A DNA stretch of 41,657 nucleotides from Reclinomonas americana ATCC 50394. Its lineage: Eukaryota. This document shows positions 12,304 to 25,307 of the stretch, in pieces; within the stretch, counting starts at the first letter, position 1, and each line of letters begins with the position of its first letter. Made by a program: the position numbers and the translations under genes. The stretch spans positions 101,867 to 143,523 of the forward strand of contig PS015249.1 of the NCBI GenBank assembly GCA_048213135.1, given 5' to 3'. The notes under the pieces were generated by a model. That model saw nothing but the letters and a program-made list of their open reading frames with translations. It was not told the DNA's origin and made no database searches.

Positions 12304-12633
12304 ATCGCAGAAACAATGCGATCACTTGCCCTCCTGCCCTTAATTTAATACTCTATCACTTGCCCATGCACTCATAAAATTGCGAAACCCTAATACACAC
12401 CTCCTCTCGAAATAGATGCCGTCTCGCTCACGTGTACTCATTCGCCGCAGCAGCAGAAGTCCCAATGCACATGCAAGTCTGCACCGATAAGCCAAACCCT
12501 GACCACCAAACCCAGAAAAAGAGCAGCAACGACAGGAGACGAAGACAGCTCGCAACCCACTCGCTCCACTCTATCACCCCTTTCGATCACTTCAAAACGA
12601 CTGTTGGTAATTCACTACTCTCTTTAACTCTCC

Positions 12634-15004
12634 TTACTCCTCCTCCTCCTCCTCGCGCTTCTGGTGCTGCACGCGGTTCTGCTGGAACAGACGCGGTGGT
12701 GCGAGGCTCGAGCCGGCCGAAGCCTGTGGCGCGCGGTCATTCATGAGACGACCTCGTCAACAAGCAAGCATACCCCTCAAAAAAACAGCAACATACCAGT
12801 GGCACATCGTCATCGTCGTCAACATTCGGCACCGCACCGCGTGGCACGGCGGAGCTGAGCGCACTGGTCGACTTCTTCTTGCTGTGCGACAAATGAGAAT
12901 GAGTCCACCGCACAGCCAATCACCAAGAAACACAAGAGACGCACGCATTGTAGAGCACGCGAGCGGCGGCATCGCCACGGCGGTTGCTGCGAGCCTTGGA
13001 GACAGCCGCGCGCGGCGCGTCCGCGGCCATTTCAAGACCTGGTCGCGATGCGATGAGAACACAAAGGCACAAGTATCGCACGTCGAGAACGAGCTGCAAG
13101 TACCTTCGCTGCGTTCCGTCTCCATCTCACGCTCCAGCTCATCGTCGATCTCGCGTGAGGCGGCAAACACGTTGGAGAGCACATTCTGCTCCACGCCACG
13201 ACGACTGCCCGCACAGGGTAAGCAACAGAAACGAACAGATCATCACGCCGCTCCTCTCACAACAAGACGCAACGCTCCCACACTGCCCACGTAGTCCATC
13301 CACACGCGGGCATTCGCCTGCGCCTCGCGGTACTCGCCACGCATCGCCTGTATCAACAACAGCTATAAGTGACATGCTTCATCATCACTCTCTGCGCGTG
13401 GCGCACCATCTTGGCGGTCTGCTGCACCAGGTTGGCACCGAGCAGCGTCACATCGACGTCGCTCTCGGCCACCTCCTGCGCCTCGGTGACCTGCTGCACC
13501 TTGGTGATGGTGCGGCAGACTTGCGAGCCGTCGGGACGAGTGTAGGTGATTTGCGCTTGGAACGAGATCTGCTTGAGCGCCTTCAGTGCCTCCATGCACT
13601 CCGGCTTTGGCAGGTACTCGTACACGGTCTCGGTCTCCGACTGTGCACGATGATGGTCAGCGAAAGGGACATGACTGATAAATGAGTGGGCAGCGACAAC
13701 CGCAACAGTGACATTGCCGACATCGGCGCAGTAGACGTGGTCGGACTCGCTCGGCTCCTCGTTGAGCAGCGAGAATCCCTTGCGCAGAATCAGTCGCACT
13801 TGCACACGCGTGGCGACTACCGGAAGCGCGAGAATGTTGGCAAACTCGCGAATGAGTTGCAGCGGATCGACCACGTTGACCGAGCCGCCGGTGACGTCGG
13901 CCACGGAGCCCTGCGAAAAGAGGTTGTTGAGCAGCAATTGAGGGGAGAGAGGAGAAAGAGAGAGAGAGAGAGGCGCCTCACCAGCTTCTCGAGGCGGCAG
14001 TCGGTGCCGGTGATGGAGACGACGCTGACCGACACACCCTTTTGCTGTGCCAGCTGGCCGATCTGCTGGTAGAACTGATCGACGGCCTCGCGCTCCTCGT
14101 CGGTCTTCAGGTCCTCCAGGGAGCCGAGACCGACGTTGGCCAGGCCTGCAAGTGGGGGAGAAAAGGGGGAAGGGGGAAGGGGGAGGGAAATGGGGAAGAG
14201 GATAGGGGCAGAAGAGAAGAGGAGGGGGAAGGAAAGGGAGTGAGACTTGGAAAAATGTAACAGGAGTATTTGGGGGTTGAATGCTCACCGTCAGTGCACA
14301 GAATGACTTGCGAGCCGATCTGGTTGGCCATGGCCACGGCGGTCAGCAGGGCGGGTCCCAGGGCGGTTTGACCTGTGGGTCGAGGTAGAGGAGTGAGGAC
14401 GGAGAAGGAAAAGGTTAAGGGCGACGTTCTCAATCCAAGTTTTGGAGTCCGTGCCTGCTTGTTTCTCCCCTTCTCCCTCTCTCTGTCTCTCCGTCCTCTG
14501 CTCCCACACACAAACCTCCATCCTCCAGCTCATACAACCGACTGACCAGCGTCTCGTGCGTCTCGGCCACACTCTTGCCCATCAGCGTGTCGGCCACCTC
14601 CTCGCCACGCTCCACCAGCGAGTCAAAGTCGGAGAGAATGTCCTCAGGCAGCGATTGCGGGTCCTTGGAGCCGTCGCCGAGCAGATTGACGCCGTTGGAG
14701 AAGGTGACTGAAGAAGAAATGAGGACAACCGAGCACTGAAAAAGTCACGCCTTCCCATCAACAAACTCACCGAGACCAGCACGACGGCGCGGATGCTTGG
14801 CCACCATGTCCTCCACCTGCGACTCCACGGCCGCCTTGACGGCCTGCAGTCGGGAGACGTAGGTGACTTCACGGCTCTGACCGGGCATCCACTGCTCGCC
14901 GTCCTCGCGCAGGAACTCGGCGAATGTGGAGGTGGTGTCCTTGACGCCCTTGAGCTTGATCTTGCCGCGGACCTCGGTGGAGACGCACATGGAGCCGCTG
15001 GTGT
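12634..15004 (-). CDS. vWA / Sec23-trunk-like protein resembling the vWA region of circularly permuted Ras proteins; 5' end lost at a gap
   Basis: MIDAS DTSGSM, YVSRLQAVKAAV, GQTALGPALLTAV, VILCTDGLANVGLGSL, GVSVSVVSITG, ADVTGGSVNVVDP, FQAQITYTRPDG. About 11 exons, ending REEEEEE* at 12634. Confidence 0.8.
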
Positions 15005-15440
15005 CTGAGGAGGGAGAGAAGGGGGAGAAGGAGGGGAAGGGTAAGGGGGGAGGGGAAAGAGTGAGAATGGATTCCACATTGCGGAGAAGAGCAAGCGTCA
15101 CATATNNNNNNNNNNNNNNNNNNNNNNNNNNNNNNNNNNNNNNNNNNNNNNNNNNNNNNNNNNNNNNNNNNNNNNNNNNNNNNNNNNNNNNNNNNNNNNN
15201 NNNNNNNNNNNNNNNNNNNNNNNNNNNNNNNNNNNNNNNNNNNNNNNNNNNNNNNNNNNNNNNNNNNNNNNNNNNNNNNNNNNNNNNNNNNNNNNNNNNN
15301 NNNNNNNNNNNNNNNNNNNNNNNNNNNNNNNNNNNNNNNNNNNNNNNNNNNNNNNNNNNNNNNNNNNNNNNNNNNNNNNNNNNNNNNNNNNNNNNNNNNN
15401 NNNNNNNAAAGCAGCAGCTTCTCCTCCTTCCTCCTTCCCA

Positions 15441-15446
15441 TATAAA
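15441..15446 (+). promoter_or_regulatory. Candidate TATA box of the WD40 gene
   Basis: TATAAA 87 nt upstream of ATG 15528 in a GC-rich background. Confidence 0.4.
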
Positions 15447-15527
15447 CCAGTGAATCACCGCCACACACTGCAGACGTCCGATAATGTCCGGTACGATCGT
15501 CCGAAGTTCCCCTCAAACCATCAACCA

Positions 15528-18500
15528 ATGTCGTCGCAGAGCGCGCTCTTCTCGCTCTGCGCCAACAGCAGCGTAGGCCCACCCGCCAGCGCCACCGCAC
15601 CAATCGTAGTCCACACCGACTTCATCTCCTGTGTGCGCTTCTCGCCTCGACATGGTGTCCGAGTCATGGCTACTGCGCAGACCGCCGGAGTCATGCGACG
15701 CACAGCGAACCCGGTCTTTGTGTTTGTGTTGCGCAGTGGCGCAGGCGAGGCTGCAGAGGCTGAAGAGGAGGAGGAAGACGAGGAGGAGGAGGAGCACAGG
15801 AGAGAAGGCGATGATCATGCTGAGGCAAAGGAGGACGGTGATCCTGTGTATGAGGTGAGAGGGAGTGAGTGAGAGAGAGAGTGAGTGAGTGAGAAAGAGA
15901 GAGAGAGAGCAGAGACCTCGATGGATGATGATCACGTGACGATTTCTTCGATATTCAGCTCTCGGAGACGTTCCTGTCACATCGCAACAACATTCGCGAT
16001 CTGTGTTGGACTCGCGATGGACGGTGCTTGATCTCGGCCTCGGATGATGCGCGTGTCATGGTGTGGAATGTTACGCTGGAGTCGGAGAGACCCGGCGGGC
16101 GATTCCGATTGGTGCAGCAGACGCTGGTGCTGCCGTGGAAGGAGTTTGCGGAGGCGCGAGGCTCGATGATGTCGGTGGCTGCGTCGCCGTTTGATGATGA
16201 TTTGGTGGCCAGGTAGGAGGAGGAGACAATCGGAGCACGAGGGCACCTCTTTGCTCATGATCTGTGCTGTGCGTGCAGCGCGTCGAGGGATCGTTGCATC
16301 CGACTGTACAACCTGCGGCGGCATTCGAGTGGACCGCATTTGGTGGCGTCGCACGAGTATGCACATGAGATGGCGTGTACGGCTGTCGCGTGGTCTGCAG
16401 TGGAGGTCTGTTGCTTCCACACGTTGTACTCCTCTCGTATTGTCTGCGTATCAACTATGCCCTCGCAGAATGTTCTCCTGTCGGCTGGCGACGACGGCTT
16501 TGTGCGCATGTGGGACTGGCACAATCTCGACGGGCGGCCACTGCGAGAGCTGCGGCTACACACGGGACCTGTTACGTGCTTGGCGTGCGCCGAGTGTGGC
16601 TCACTCGCTGCCAGTGCGTCGGCCGATCGCACCATCCAACTCTTTGATGTGGAAACTGGCGAGACCATGGCCACGTACATTGGTCACCGCGACACGGTGG
16701 CCAGCATCACGTTTAGTCCCGCCGACGGTGCTCGACTGGCCTCGGTGTCGCCCGATCGCACACTCCGCGTGGTGCGCTCACTTCAATCACCTGCTTTTCT
16801 CCTCCGCTCTCTCACCAAAACGTGCGTGTTCCACAGTGGGACACCTCGTTCCCCTTTCAAATGACGCAAGTGCTGGAACACGGGCATCACAACGGCATCA
16901 ACGACGCCACGTGGTCGCGAGACGGCAGCACGCTCGCCACCGCCGGAGACGATCGTCATGTGGCCATTTGGCGGTGTCAGCGTTGCGTCACAACACCAGC
17001 AACAACTCGCCGCGCAGCGTGATTCAGCCACTCACTCCCCTTCGCAGCCCCGACCACACTGAACGTGTTCTGCCGCAACTCCTTCTCGGCCGAGATCTCC
17101 TGGCGTCCTCCGTCGCGCAAGAATCTCGACGCCGACGTGCGACTGGTGGTGGCGGGTCCGCTGGTCGACTTGCCCACCACCACTGCAGATGCCAACCGAC
17201 CGCCGTCACCCGCATCTCCTGCACGCTCGCCGTCGCCCATTGCCTCACCTACGGCAGCGGATGGCACATCGCCTGCGCTTCTTGCGCCACTGGTCTACGA
17301 TTGTGCTCGTGTCGGAGCGGAGCGGCTGGCGTTGGAAGCACTCGTTCCAAACACAACGTACACGGCGCTACTCTTTTCCATCCAGCCAGACGGACTGCCA
17401 CTGATGATTGGCCGCGCCGAGTTCACCACGCCGCCGGCCTTTGAGGACGATGCCGAGCTGCGCCAGCATTTCGAAGCCGTGCTGAATGCCGTCGGTCGGC
17501 GCTCACGGTCCCTTCTGCGACCGTCGCCGTGGGCATGCATGCCGTCACCATATCCACAAGGTATTGTGCCATGGGTGAAAAGAGAGAGACGGGAGAAGAG
17601 ATGTAGGATTCTCACGTTTGCAAATAGATGTTTATCGGGCGGCCGAGCGTGCACACCGAATGCTGGCCTCGTGGTCGCGACGGCTGGCCGAGCTGCACGA
17701 GCAAATGAAACCCCGCAGCAGCCGTGACTCGACCTCGGCCGCTCCACTGTGTGCCATGATTGAGCGCCACTTGCAGTACTTGCGCGATTTTCCGATGCAG
17801 GTGAGCTCGACAGCGTGCGCGAAGAGGTGAGCTGGTGTGGTGCTCACTCCGCTTCACGCGTACACAGGTGGCGTATCACCAGACGCACACCGATGTCGCA
17901 TTCTTGCGGCGCATGAACACGTATCTAGAGGAGCAGCTGATTCCGCCGTGCACCGAGTGGTGTGACACCCTGTCCAAGGCCGTCGAAGCCGATCGCCACA
18001 TGCAGGAGGCTTGCGCGAGCGAAGACGTGACGCAGGCGGCGCTGAGTGCCGACGCCAGATATCGCACCTCCAAGTGTGCGTCTCTCACCTCAAGCAACCT
18101 CCTATCAGTGTCTGTGCTTGGCTCATCACTGCAATGCATGCACACAGTGGTTCGGCGACTGGACATGTTGCAGTGGGAGAAGCCGTCGGTGCTGCTCGAG
18201 CCGTGGTGGGAGGACGCGGCTCGTAGGGGTGAGGAACGGCACCGACCGCTGGACGAGATCGATCGCGCACTGCGAGAGGTGGAGTACGACAACAAGGTGT
18301 TGCAGAAGCGGCGCGAGCGGCTGGCGAATGATCGAGACGCGCAGCTCAAGATCAAGGCTGAAGCCGAGCGGCGATTGCAGATGCTGCGAATCGAGGAGCA
18401 GGTGTGTTGTGCAAGAGCTCCCCGTCCCCACTCAACTCCCAGTCACAACTGACACACACTGTGCGCGTGTAGGCACTGGACGTGATGACTGGAACGCTGG

Positions 18501-19607
18501 TGGGCAAGCGGCGCATGCTGGAAGGCACACGGCAGCGCGTGATGGAGGAACTGCAAAAGTCGTCGCTCTTTGTGCCACCGGATCCACCAAAGGCGGACGA
18601 CGCGGAACAGCAGGGCGAGAACGAGGCAGATGGCGAGGGTGCCATGGCGGGTGATCCGACCGGACGCGCCAACGGGCCCCCGCCCGGCCTTCCCAAGTGG
18701 TTCCTGGACCAGACACGCGAGCTCACCTACGATGTATTCAGCATGCATCGTTCCGCACAGAACCACGAGCAAATGGCCCTCCGCGACAGCCTCACCGACG
18801 CGCGGCGCGAAGTGGTCGCCCTGATGGAGCGGGCCAGTGATTTGCTGGCGTCGCTCAGAGTCGAGCAGGATCGTGTGCGAGTGGCCATGGACATGCTGGT
18901 GGCGGGTCAGCCCGAGGTGCAGGTGTCATTGCAGCAGTCGTTGGAGCGCACAGCGGCCAGGTACGATAACTACACAGCGTGCTTCTGTACCTCGCAGCAT
19001 TCTCACTCGCTCGCGCAGAATTCGGGAGGAGAGCGGCAAGCAGGCTCGATGCGAGGAGGCCGTGCATGCCATTTCCCGGCGTCTGGGTCGCAAGAAGCAA
19101 GAGGTGGTCGAGGAGATGGAGAGAATACGAGCGGCCTCGACACTGCGTGCGGAAACGGCCTTTTCAGCGAACCAGCGACCGGGGACGCCCGCCAGCCGGC
19201 CTGTGAGCGCCGTGGCTGGCGGTGGTGGTGGTGGTGGCGGTGCCACGGACATTCCGCAACACTTTGCACGCTCCTTAAGTGACTTGCTTTTCGAGGCCTT
19301 TCCGCACTGCCCGCCGGCGGGTGTGACGGTGAAACGGCGGCACATTATCGTCGACTTTGATGTGGACGAGGAGGAGGAGGTCGGCGGCGGCGGCGGTGGC
19401 GGCGACAACAAGACCGCGCGAGATGTGGCGGCGACGCGCGGACATTTTGTGGCGGTGCTGCGGACGGCGCTCGGCCACGATGCCTCGTCGTCGATCGAGA
19501 CAGAAGGCAACTTGGTGCGCATTCCGTACGAGGGCAGCGCCAGTCAGCGCTGGTTGCAGCGGCTCGGCGAACTGCTGCCGTCGGCGTCATCGCGCGGGGA
19601 GAGATGA
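15528..19607 (+). CDS. WD40-repeat + FN3-like + coiled-coil protein
   Basis: WD repeats LISASDDARVMVWN, LLSAGDDGFVRMWD, ASASADRTIQLFD, GHRDTVASITFSP, LATAGDDRHVAIW. FN3-like SAEISWRPP...LVPNTTYT. Long E/R/L-rich helical C-terminus; about 12 exons, with the junction near 17500-17560 uncertain. Confidence 0.8.
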
Positions 19608-19654
19608 CATGTGGGGGGCGAGGAGTGAAAAATAAGCAAAATTGTTTTCTATTG

Positions 19655-19699
19655 TCACTGGTATTGCGCGTTTGTCGCCTGTTGTTGTTGTTGCTGTTG

Positions 19700-19730
<31 letters not shown>

Positions 19731-22700
19731 TGTTGCTGCTGTTGAGCCTGTCGCGGTGGTGGTACGGGTCCGGTGCGGGCCGTCGACACCACCTCGATTT
19801 GTGAGGCGGCAATGGCCGTGGCCGGACGCCGCGCGGCGGCCACACCCGGAATGAAGCACTGCACGAGTTTGGGAGCCACCAGGATGGAATCCCACAGGCC
19901 AACAATGGCGGCGAGGGAAGGGCTGGCGGATTTGCGGCCCAGAGCTTCCATGTGGCCCTCGAAGATGGTGATGGAGCGGCGGTGGTCGTCTGTAGAGGGG
20001 CGAGAAGGGGAAGGGTGAGGGGGAAAGGGGGGAAGGGGAGAAGGGAAAGAATGATAGACTGCGGCAGTGCAAGAGATATGCGACGCGGGTGACAATTTGA
20101 GGAAGCGAGGAAACACACGACAAGATGGAAGGGAATGGAAAGGGCGAGGGAGAAGTGGAAGGGCACGAGATAAGAGCGACAGCACTCACCGAGATCGAGG
20201 TCCACCAAATCAAATGTGCAAGTGATGTTGACTTCACGCATCCGCAGCGCCGCGTCGCTCGTCACTCGCGAACTGTATGTGTATGGAACGAGCAGGCGGA
20301 GGCGTGCGGTGTTTGGTCGCTCGCCTGCATGACGTGCGTCGTGAGGACACAGAGCACTTTGCGCTTGCGCTTTAGAGGAGTGTTGACGCAACAGACAAAG
20401 AGAAGGCCGTCGCTCTTCACGGCCAGATTCAGTACGAGATGGGGCGTGCGCAATCGCGGCATCAGCATGTCCACTTCGGCCTCGAGCGCTTCGAGTGCAC
20501 GGCGAATGATCTGAGCTCGCGCATGTCAGCAAACAGTGACCCAGAAGGGCAATCAAAGACACAGACGCACCTGTGGACTCGGGGTCGACAGCACCTTGAC
20601 GATTTCGGAATGCTGCTTGTGGTCGACGAGCATGGACGACGACTCTTCTGTTGCGTGCGTCCAGAGCAGTGGAACAAACATTTCGCATGTCTCTGGCAAG
20701 ACTGCGAACAGACATGGAGGACAAGGGAAAGAAAGGAGAGTGGTGTGAGGACGAAAGAGAGAAGATAGAAGCTAGGTGGCAAACGCACTGAGAGGTGAAG
20801 AGAGACGAACAAGAGTGTAACAAGAGAGGGAGAGGGGCGGGATGGGAAGAAACTAAGAAGAAAGGAACACAGACGAGGAGATGTGACGCGATGATGAGAC
20901 AAAAGAGAGCAAGGAGTGCGGTGGAAAGTGCATGCAAGAGAGTTTGAAGAAAATTGACGTGAGTGCAAGGAAAGACTGAATGAACGTTTCAGCAAAGGCA
21001 AGAGGGCGAATGAGAGACAGAGTTGAGGAGTGAGGAAGGAGCAGAATCATCGGCACATAAAGAGACGGAAAAGAGTGAAGACGGATACACGAGGGAATAA
21101 GGAGAAGAGAGAGACAAGGACAGAGGGAAGGCAAAGAGATGCGTGAATCAAGAGCGCAGAGAAGTGGAGAGCAAGGCGAGGCTCCGACAAGCATTCGCGA
21201 ATACGCAACTGGGGGTGGACGTAAGCGTCATGCCAGTATCCATGTCACGTTCGGCTTCGCTCGCCGTCTGCCAGCGCACGTCCACGACATGATCGACCTC
21301 AATACGATGTACGATCCACTCGCCCGCCGAGCCTCGAAGTCGGAAGGAGAAGCGCTGCGGGTGCGGTGATAAGACACAGATGATATCTGCAGCTACTGCC
21401 AACATACATACCGACTGCGTCACTCGACGCTCGCTTGGCATGTACGACTTGAGGATGCGGGAGGGGGCGCGAGTCACCTTGCCACCCGCGCTGTGTGACC
21501 GTGAGCACCACGGGAGATGATTCGACCACCACAAGCATCCTGCCTGAACGCAACGACGAGATGGCGGTGCCAGTGGCGACGGAACACGTCGATTCAATAA
21601 CAGTGCTGCGCGCATATCGGCGCGTCACCGACAGCGGGTGCTCCATTTCGCTGACACTCAGCAGGCGATGACCGGGGTAGCGCGGATCGTTAACGTCGGG
21701 CACCGACAGCAGTTCCGGTGAAATGACCGTCTGCCACCACAGACGTGGTGTGCCGACCGTGTGCGGCATGCCGAAGGAGCCTGTGGGGAGGGAAAGGGAG
21801 GTGACATATGAGTGCGGGGAGGTTATGCATGTATGGTTGAAGGGAGAGAGAGAGAGAGAGGAGGAGAGAGAGAGAGCGAGAGAGAGAGAGACTGACAGAA
21901 AGAAAAAGACGAAGCTGTGNNNNNNNNNNNNNNNNNNNNNNNNNNNNNNNNNNNNNNNNNNNNNNNNNNNNNNNNNNNNNNNNNNNNNNNNNNNNNNNNN
22001 NNNNNNNNNNNNNNNNNNNNNNNNNNNNNNNNNNNNNNNNNNNNNNNNNNNNNNNNNNNNNNNCGGCACGCTCCAGCATCTGCAGGCTGAACCCCTGCAC
22101 TTGCTTGTTGGCCTGTCGGAGTACTCGCACACGCTCCATGATGATTTCACCCTTTTTGCTGCGCTCGGCCACGTACGAGAACTGACATCACGCACGCGAG
22201 GTGAGTGCGCTGAGTAACAACACTGTCATAGTCATGCAACTCACCAATCGCATGTAGTTCTCCGGCGAGAACGGCGGAAAGCTGCGTCTACTGGCATCGG
22301 CAGGAGCCGCCGCCGCCGCAGCCGCAGCGGCTGCTGCTGCCGTCGCCGCGGAACCAGGCTGCTGCTGCTGAGCAGCGGGTGCAGTAGCGCGGGGTACCAT
22401 GGGGGCGGCAGGCACAGAGGGAGCAGCGGCAGTCGGCGGGCGCTGTGGCGGCTGTGGTTGAGGTTGGCCGGCCGGCGGCTGCTGCCGCTGCGGTAGTGGC
22501 TGCTGTTGCGGTGGTGGCTGCTGTTGCGGTGGTGGCTGCTGCTGTGGCGGCGGCTGCTGCTGTGGCGGCACCGCGTACGGATACGTCGGTTGGGCAGGCT
22601 GTGCAGGCTGTGCGGGTCGGTACTGCGGGTTTTGCGGCGGTTGCTGTTGCTGCTGTAGTGGCTGCGGTGGTGGTGGCTGCTGAGCAGGAAGCGGAGCCGA

Positions 22701-22955
22701 AGTAGGTTGAGGAGCAGCAGGTTGAGGAGCAGCCGCAGTGGGAGGCGCCTGCTGCGGCTGCTGTTGTTGGTATGCTGGGTGCCGTTGTGCACTGCGGAGG
22801 AGGAGAGGGTGAGGGTGATGCTGCAAGGGAGGGAGGCAGACAGGCGAGCACAACTTTTGCAACTGCGACTGGTATTCGCGCAAGGTGACCTCGTGCTGCG
22901 TGAACCACGAGAAGATCTGCTCGTTGGTGCGGCGCGGCAAGTCGTTTTCGCTGAT
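19655..22955 (-). CDS. Q/P-rich protein resembling Mediator subunit MED15 (5' end missing)
   Basis: Long Q/P tract, FSLQMLERA helix, and C-terminal LRLLVPYTY...SPSLAAIVGLWDSIL resembling the MED15 C-domain (LRLLVPxxYP...SLxxIAxxWD). Assignment is by recalled motif only. Confidence 0.55.
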
Positions 22956-23634
22956 CTGCGGAGGTGGACAAGGGAGGTGAGGAGAAGGGAAAGGGAGAGT
23001 GACACAAAGGAGGGAAACGCAGACAAGAATGGAAAGGGAGTGGGTATGCAAAGATTGACGAGGAATGGCGATGAGCAAAAGGAGAAGGGAAGGAGAGAAA
23101 GGGGAAAATGGAGAAAAAGAAGACAAAGAACTGAGAGAACGAGAGAAAGCAAACTGGAAGAGAATGGGAAAAAACGGAACACGAAGGGCGAATGCTGACG
23201 CGATAACGAAGAGTGGCGAGAAGCAGGGCAAGGTGGGAAGGGCAAAACAGGAGAGAGATATAGAGAGAAGAAGAAGAAGAAGANNNNNNNNNNNNNNNNN
23301 NNNNNNNNNNNNNNNNNNNNNNNNNNNNNNNGCAGGCGTGTGTGTGTGTGAGAGAGAGAGAGTGCGTCTCATTTGGTAGTGAAGTGGGCACTTGAGTCGT
23401 AGAACCGTGGCGCTGCGTGCTGCTTGTTCACTTGCATTCCACGATCCTCTTCGTCAGCGCCTTCTCCCCACTCTTTGTTCCCTTGGCTCGCCACTCTTTT
23501 TCCTTTGTTGCCTCTTTCTCCACCTCCCTCCCACCCTTCCTCTTCTGCTTCAAAAGTGGCCATTCATTGTGCGGAGTTCGTTCAACACACACGCAGAAGC
23601 TCAGGGGAATCAGAACAGGCGGCGGGCCCTTGTC

Positions 23635-23851
23635 TTACCACCAGCTGTAGACGTCGCTGGCCGCCGTGGCCGCCGAGGCGGCAGCTGCATCGAAACAAGG
23701 AGGTGAGACGTTTGCGAGGGCGGCAAGCAGCCATGTCCATGGTACACGTACCGCCCGCATAGTCGCCGCTGGCCGCTTCCACCACGCCAGTCACGCCAGC
23801 CACCACCGCACCGAACAATGAGCCAGTCGAGGATCCAGAGCTGCTGTCCAT
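23635..23851 (-). CDS. 49-aa Gly/Ala/Ser-rich microprotein (spliced)
   Basis: Exon 23851-23752, intron 23751-23685 (GTACGT...CTCAC...CAG), exon 23684-23635. Product MDSSSGSSTGSLFGAVVAGVTGVVEAASGDYAGAAASAATAASDVYSWW*. CAA-repeat leader and a TATA box upstream. Confidence 0.7.
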
Positions 23852-23936
23852 GGTTGTTGTTGTTGTTGAGGTTGTTGTTGCTCACAGGAAGAGAGAGAGA
23901 AAAGCGATGGTGAGAGCAGCACCACAGTCGACGCAA

Positions 23937-23942
23937 TTTATA
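23937..23942 (-). promoter_or_regulatory. TATA box of the microprotein gene
   Basis: GGTATAAATT on the minus strand about 86 nt upstream of ATG 23851. Confidence 0.6.
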
Positions 23943-24089
23943 CCGGCGCCGTCAACTACATGTCCATTTGACATGCATGTGAGGTTGAGGTGGGAGCTGC
24001 GTCGACTGGACATCAATGAGTGTCAAAACCTGCCAGCCCCACTCGACAGTGGCTCGACACTCGTCTCATGCGCGGGTGAGTGGCCGGGC

Positions 24090-24716
24090 GGATATCAGTC
24101 GCGGCAAAAACCGGAGCATCATCGCCTGGATGGACGACTGCAGCAATAACTGCAGTGATCCAAGCAGCAGCAACACATCAGCAGTGTTCTCTGCAATCGT
24201 GCACGACTGGAAGCCACCATGGTGGAGAGTTCTAAGCTCAGAGACGCGTCGTACCAGCAATGAAGGGAACTCGGCAATTTCCAAAACCGGAGACAGGATT
24301 TTGAGGTCGTATACAAGAGTGAATTTGGTGCTGATTACCCAGACTTGTTTGGAGATGAACTTGCGGAGAGTTTTATGCTTCAGCATTCCAAGAAAACAGG
24401 AGGCTTGCTGGTGAGAACACAGAAAAACAAAATCGAAACCGGACAATCGACAAGAAATGATACCAACACCCACCAACAAACACTGCCACCACCATCATCA
24501 CTGATAATCCAACCGCATGCTAAGCAGCTGCAGGATCACGTGCACTCTTTGTGTGACCACCAGAAACGAACGCTCGCTGCGCGAGACATCCCAGAAACAC
24601 CTATCGCGAGAAAAGTCGGTGCAGACAGCCACGCCAACGTCTGCAAGAGCTCGATCTCGAAGACTCGGGCCGCAGTTTCAACCCTGCACCTCACTCGGCC
24701 ACCAGGTCCACTGTGA
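24090..24716 (+). pseudogene. Possible decayed coiled-coil gene
   Basis: A protein-like frame (RLQQ*LQ*SKQQQH...YQQ*RELGNFQNRRQDFEVVYKSEFGADYPDLFGDELAESF) is broken by stops at 24147, 24156 and 24261; donor-like G|GTGAGA at 24411. Confidence 0.3.
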
Positions 24717-25307
24717 TTCACATGCAACCATCGTGGATTCGAATTCGGACATCGATATTCATCGTCGCCTTGCCGCGCGCTGCAGTGCATCGAAGCTCCG
24801 GATCCTTGAGTGAACGCACACACACACACGTACTGTCGAGACAGGCGTTCTGACAAGAGGTGGACCTCTGTCATCAAAAAAAGCGGTTTCGACCTCCTGC
24901 CGTTGTACATGTTTGATTCGCACCGTCTCCTCTGTCATCGCACAACATTCCCCAGCCATACCCCTTCTCCTCTCCCCCTCTCCCCATCACCCCTCCCTCC
25001 CTCCTTCCCTTTCAACTCCTGTTTCTCCCCCCACTGCATGAAATTAGACAAACCTCAAATTCACCACTTCCCCCACTTCCCCACTTGCGCTCCACGCGCG
25101 CGTCACAGCACCCTGCTCCTCACACCACCACGCACCACCACACCCCACACTCACTCCCGCGATAATTGATGAACTTGAAGCCGGTTGTTCGACAAAGCAG
25201 GCCCTCCAATAGAACGCTGACTCACTGTCCGAACTCTCACGCTCAGCCGCCCGAACAAATGCCACACAATTTTTTCGCAACGTGCGTGGAGAGCAGAGCA
25301 ATAGATA

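Noticed and set aside
24147-24263. Stop-codon reassignment
   Set aside because: TGA and TAA end recognisable genes normally elsewhere in the window, and no conserved gene has in-frame stops.
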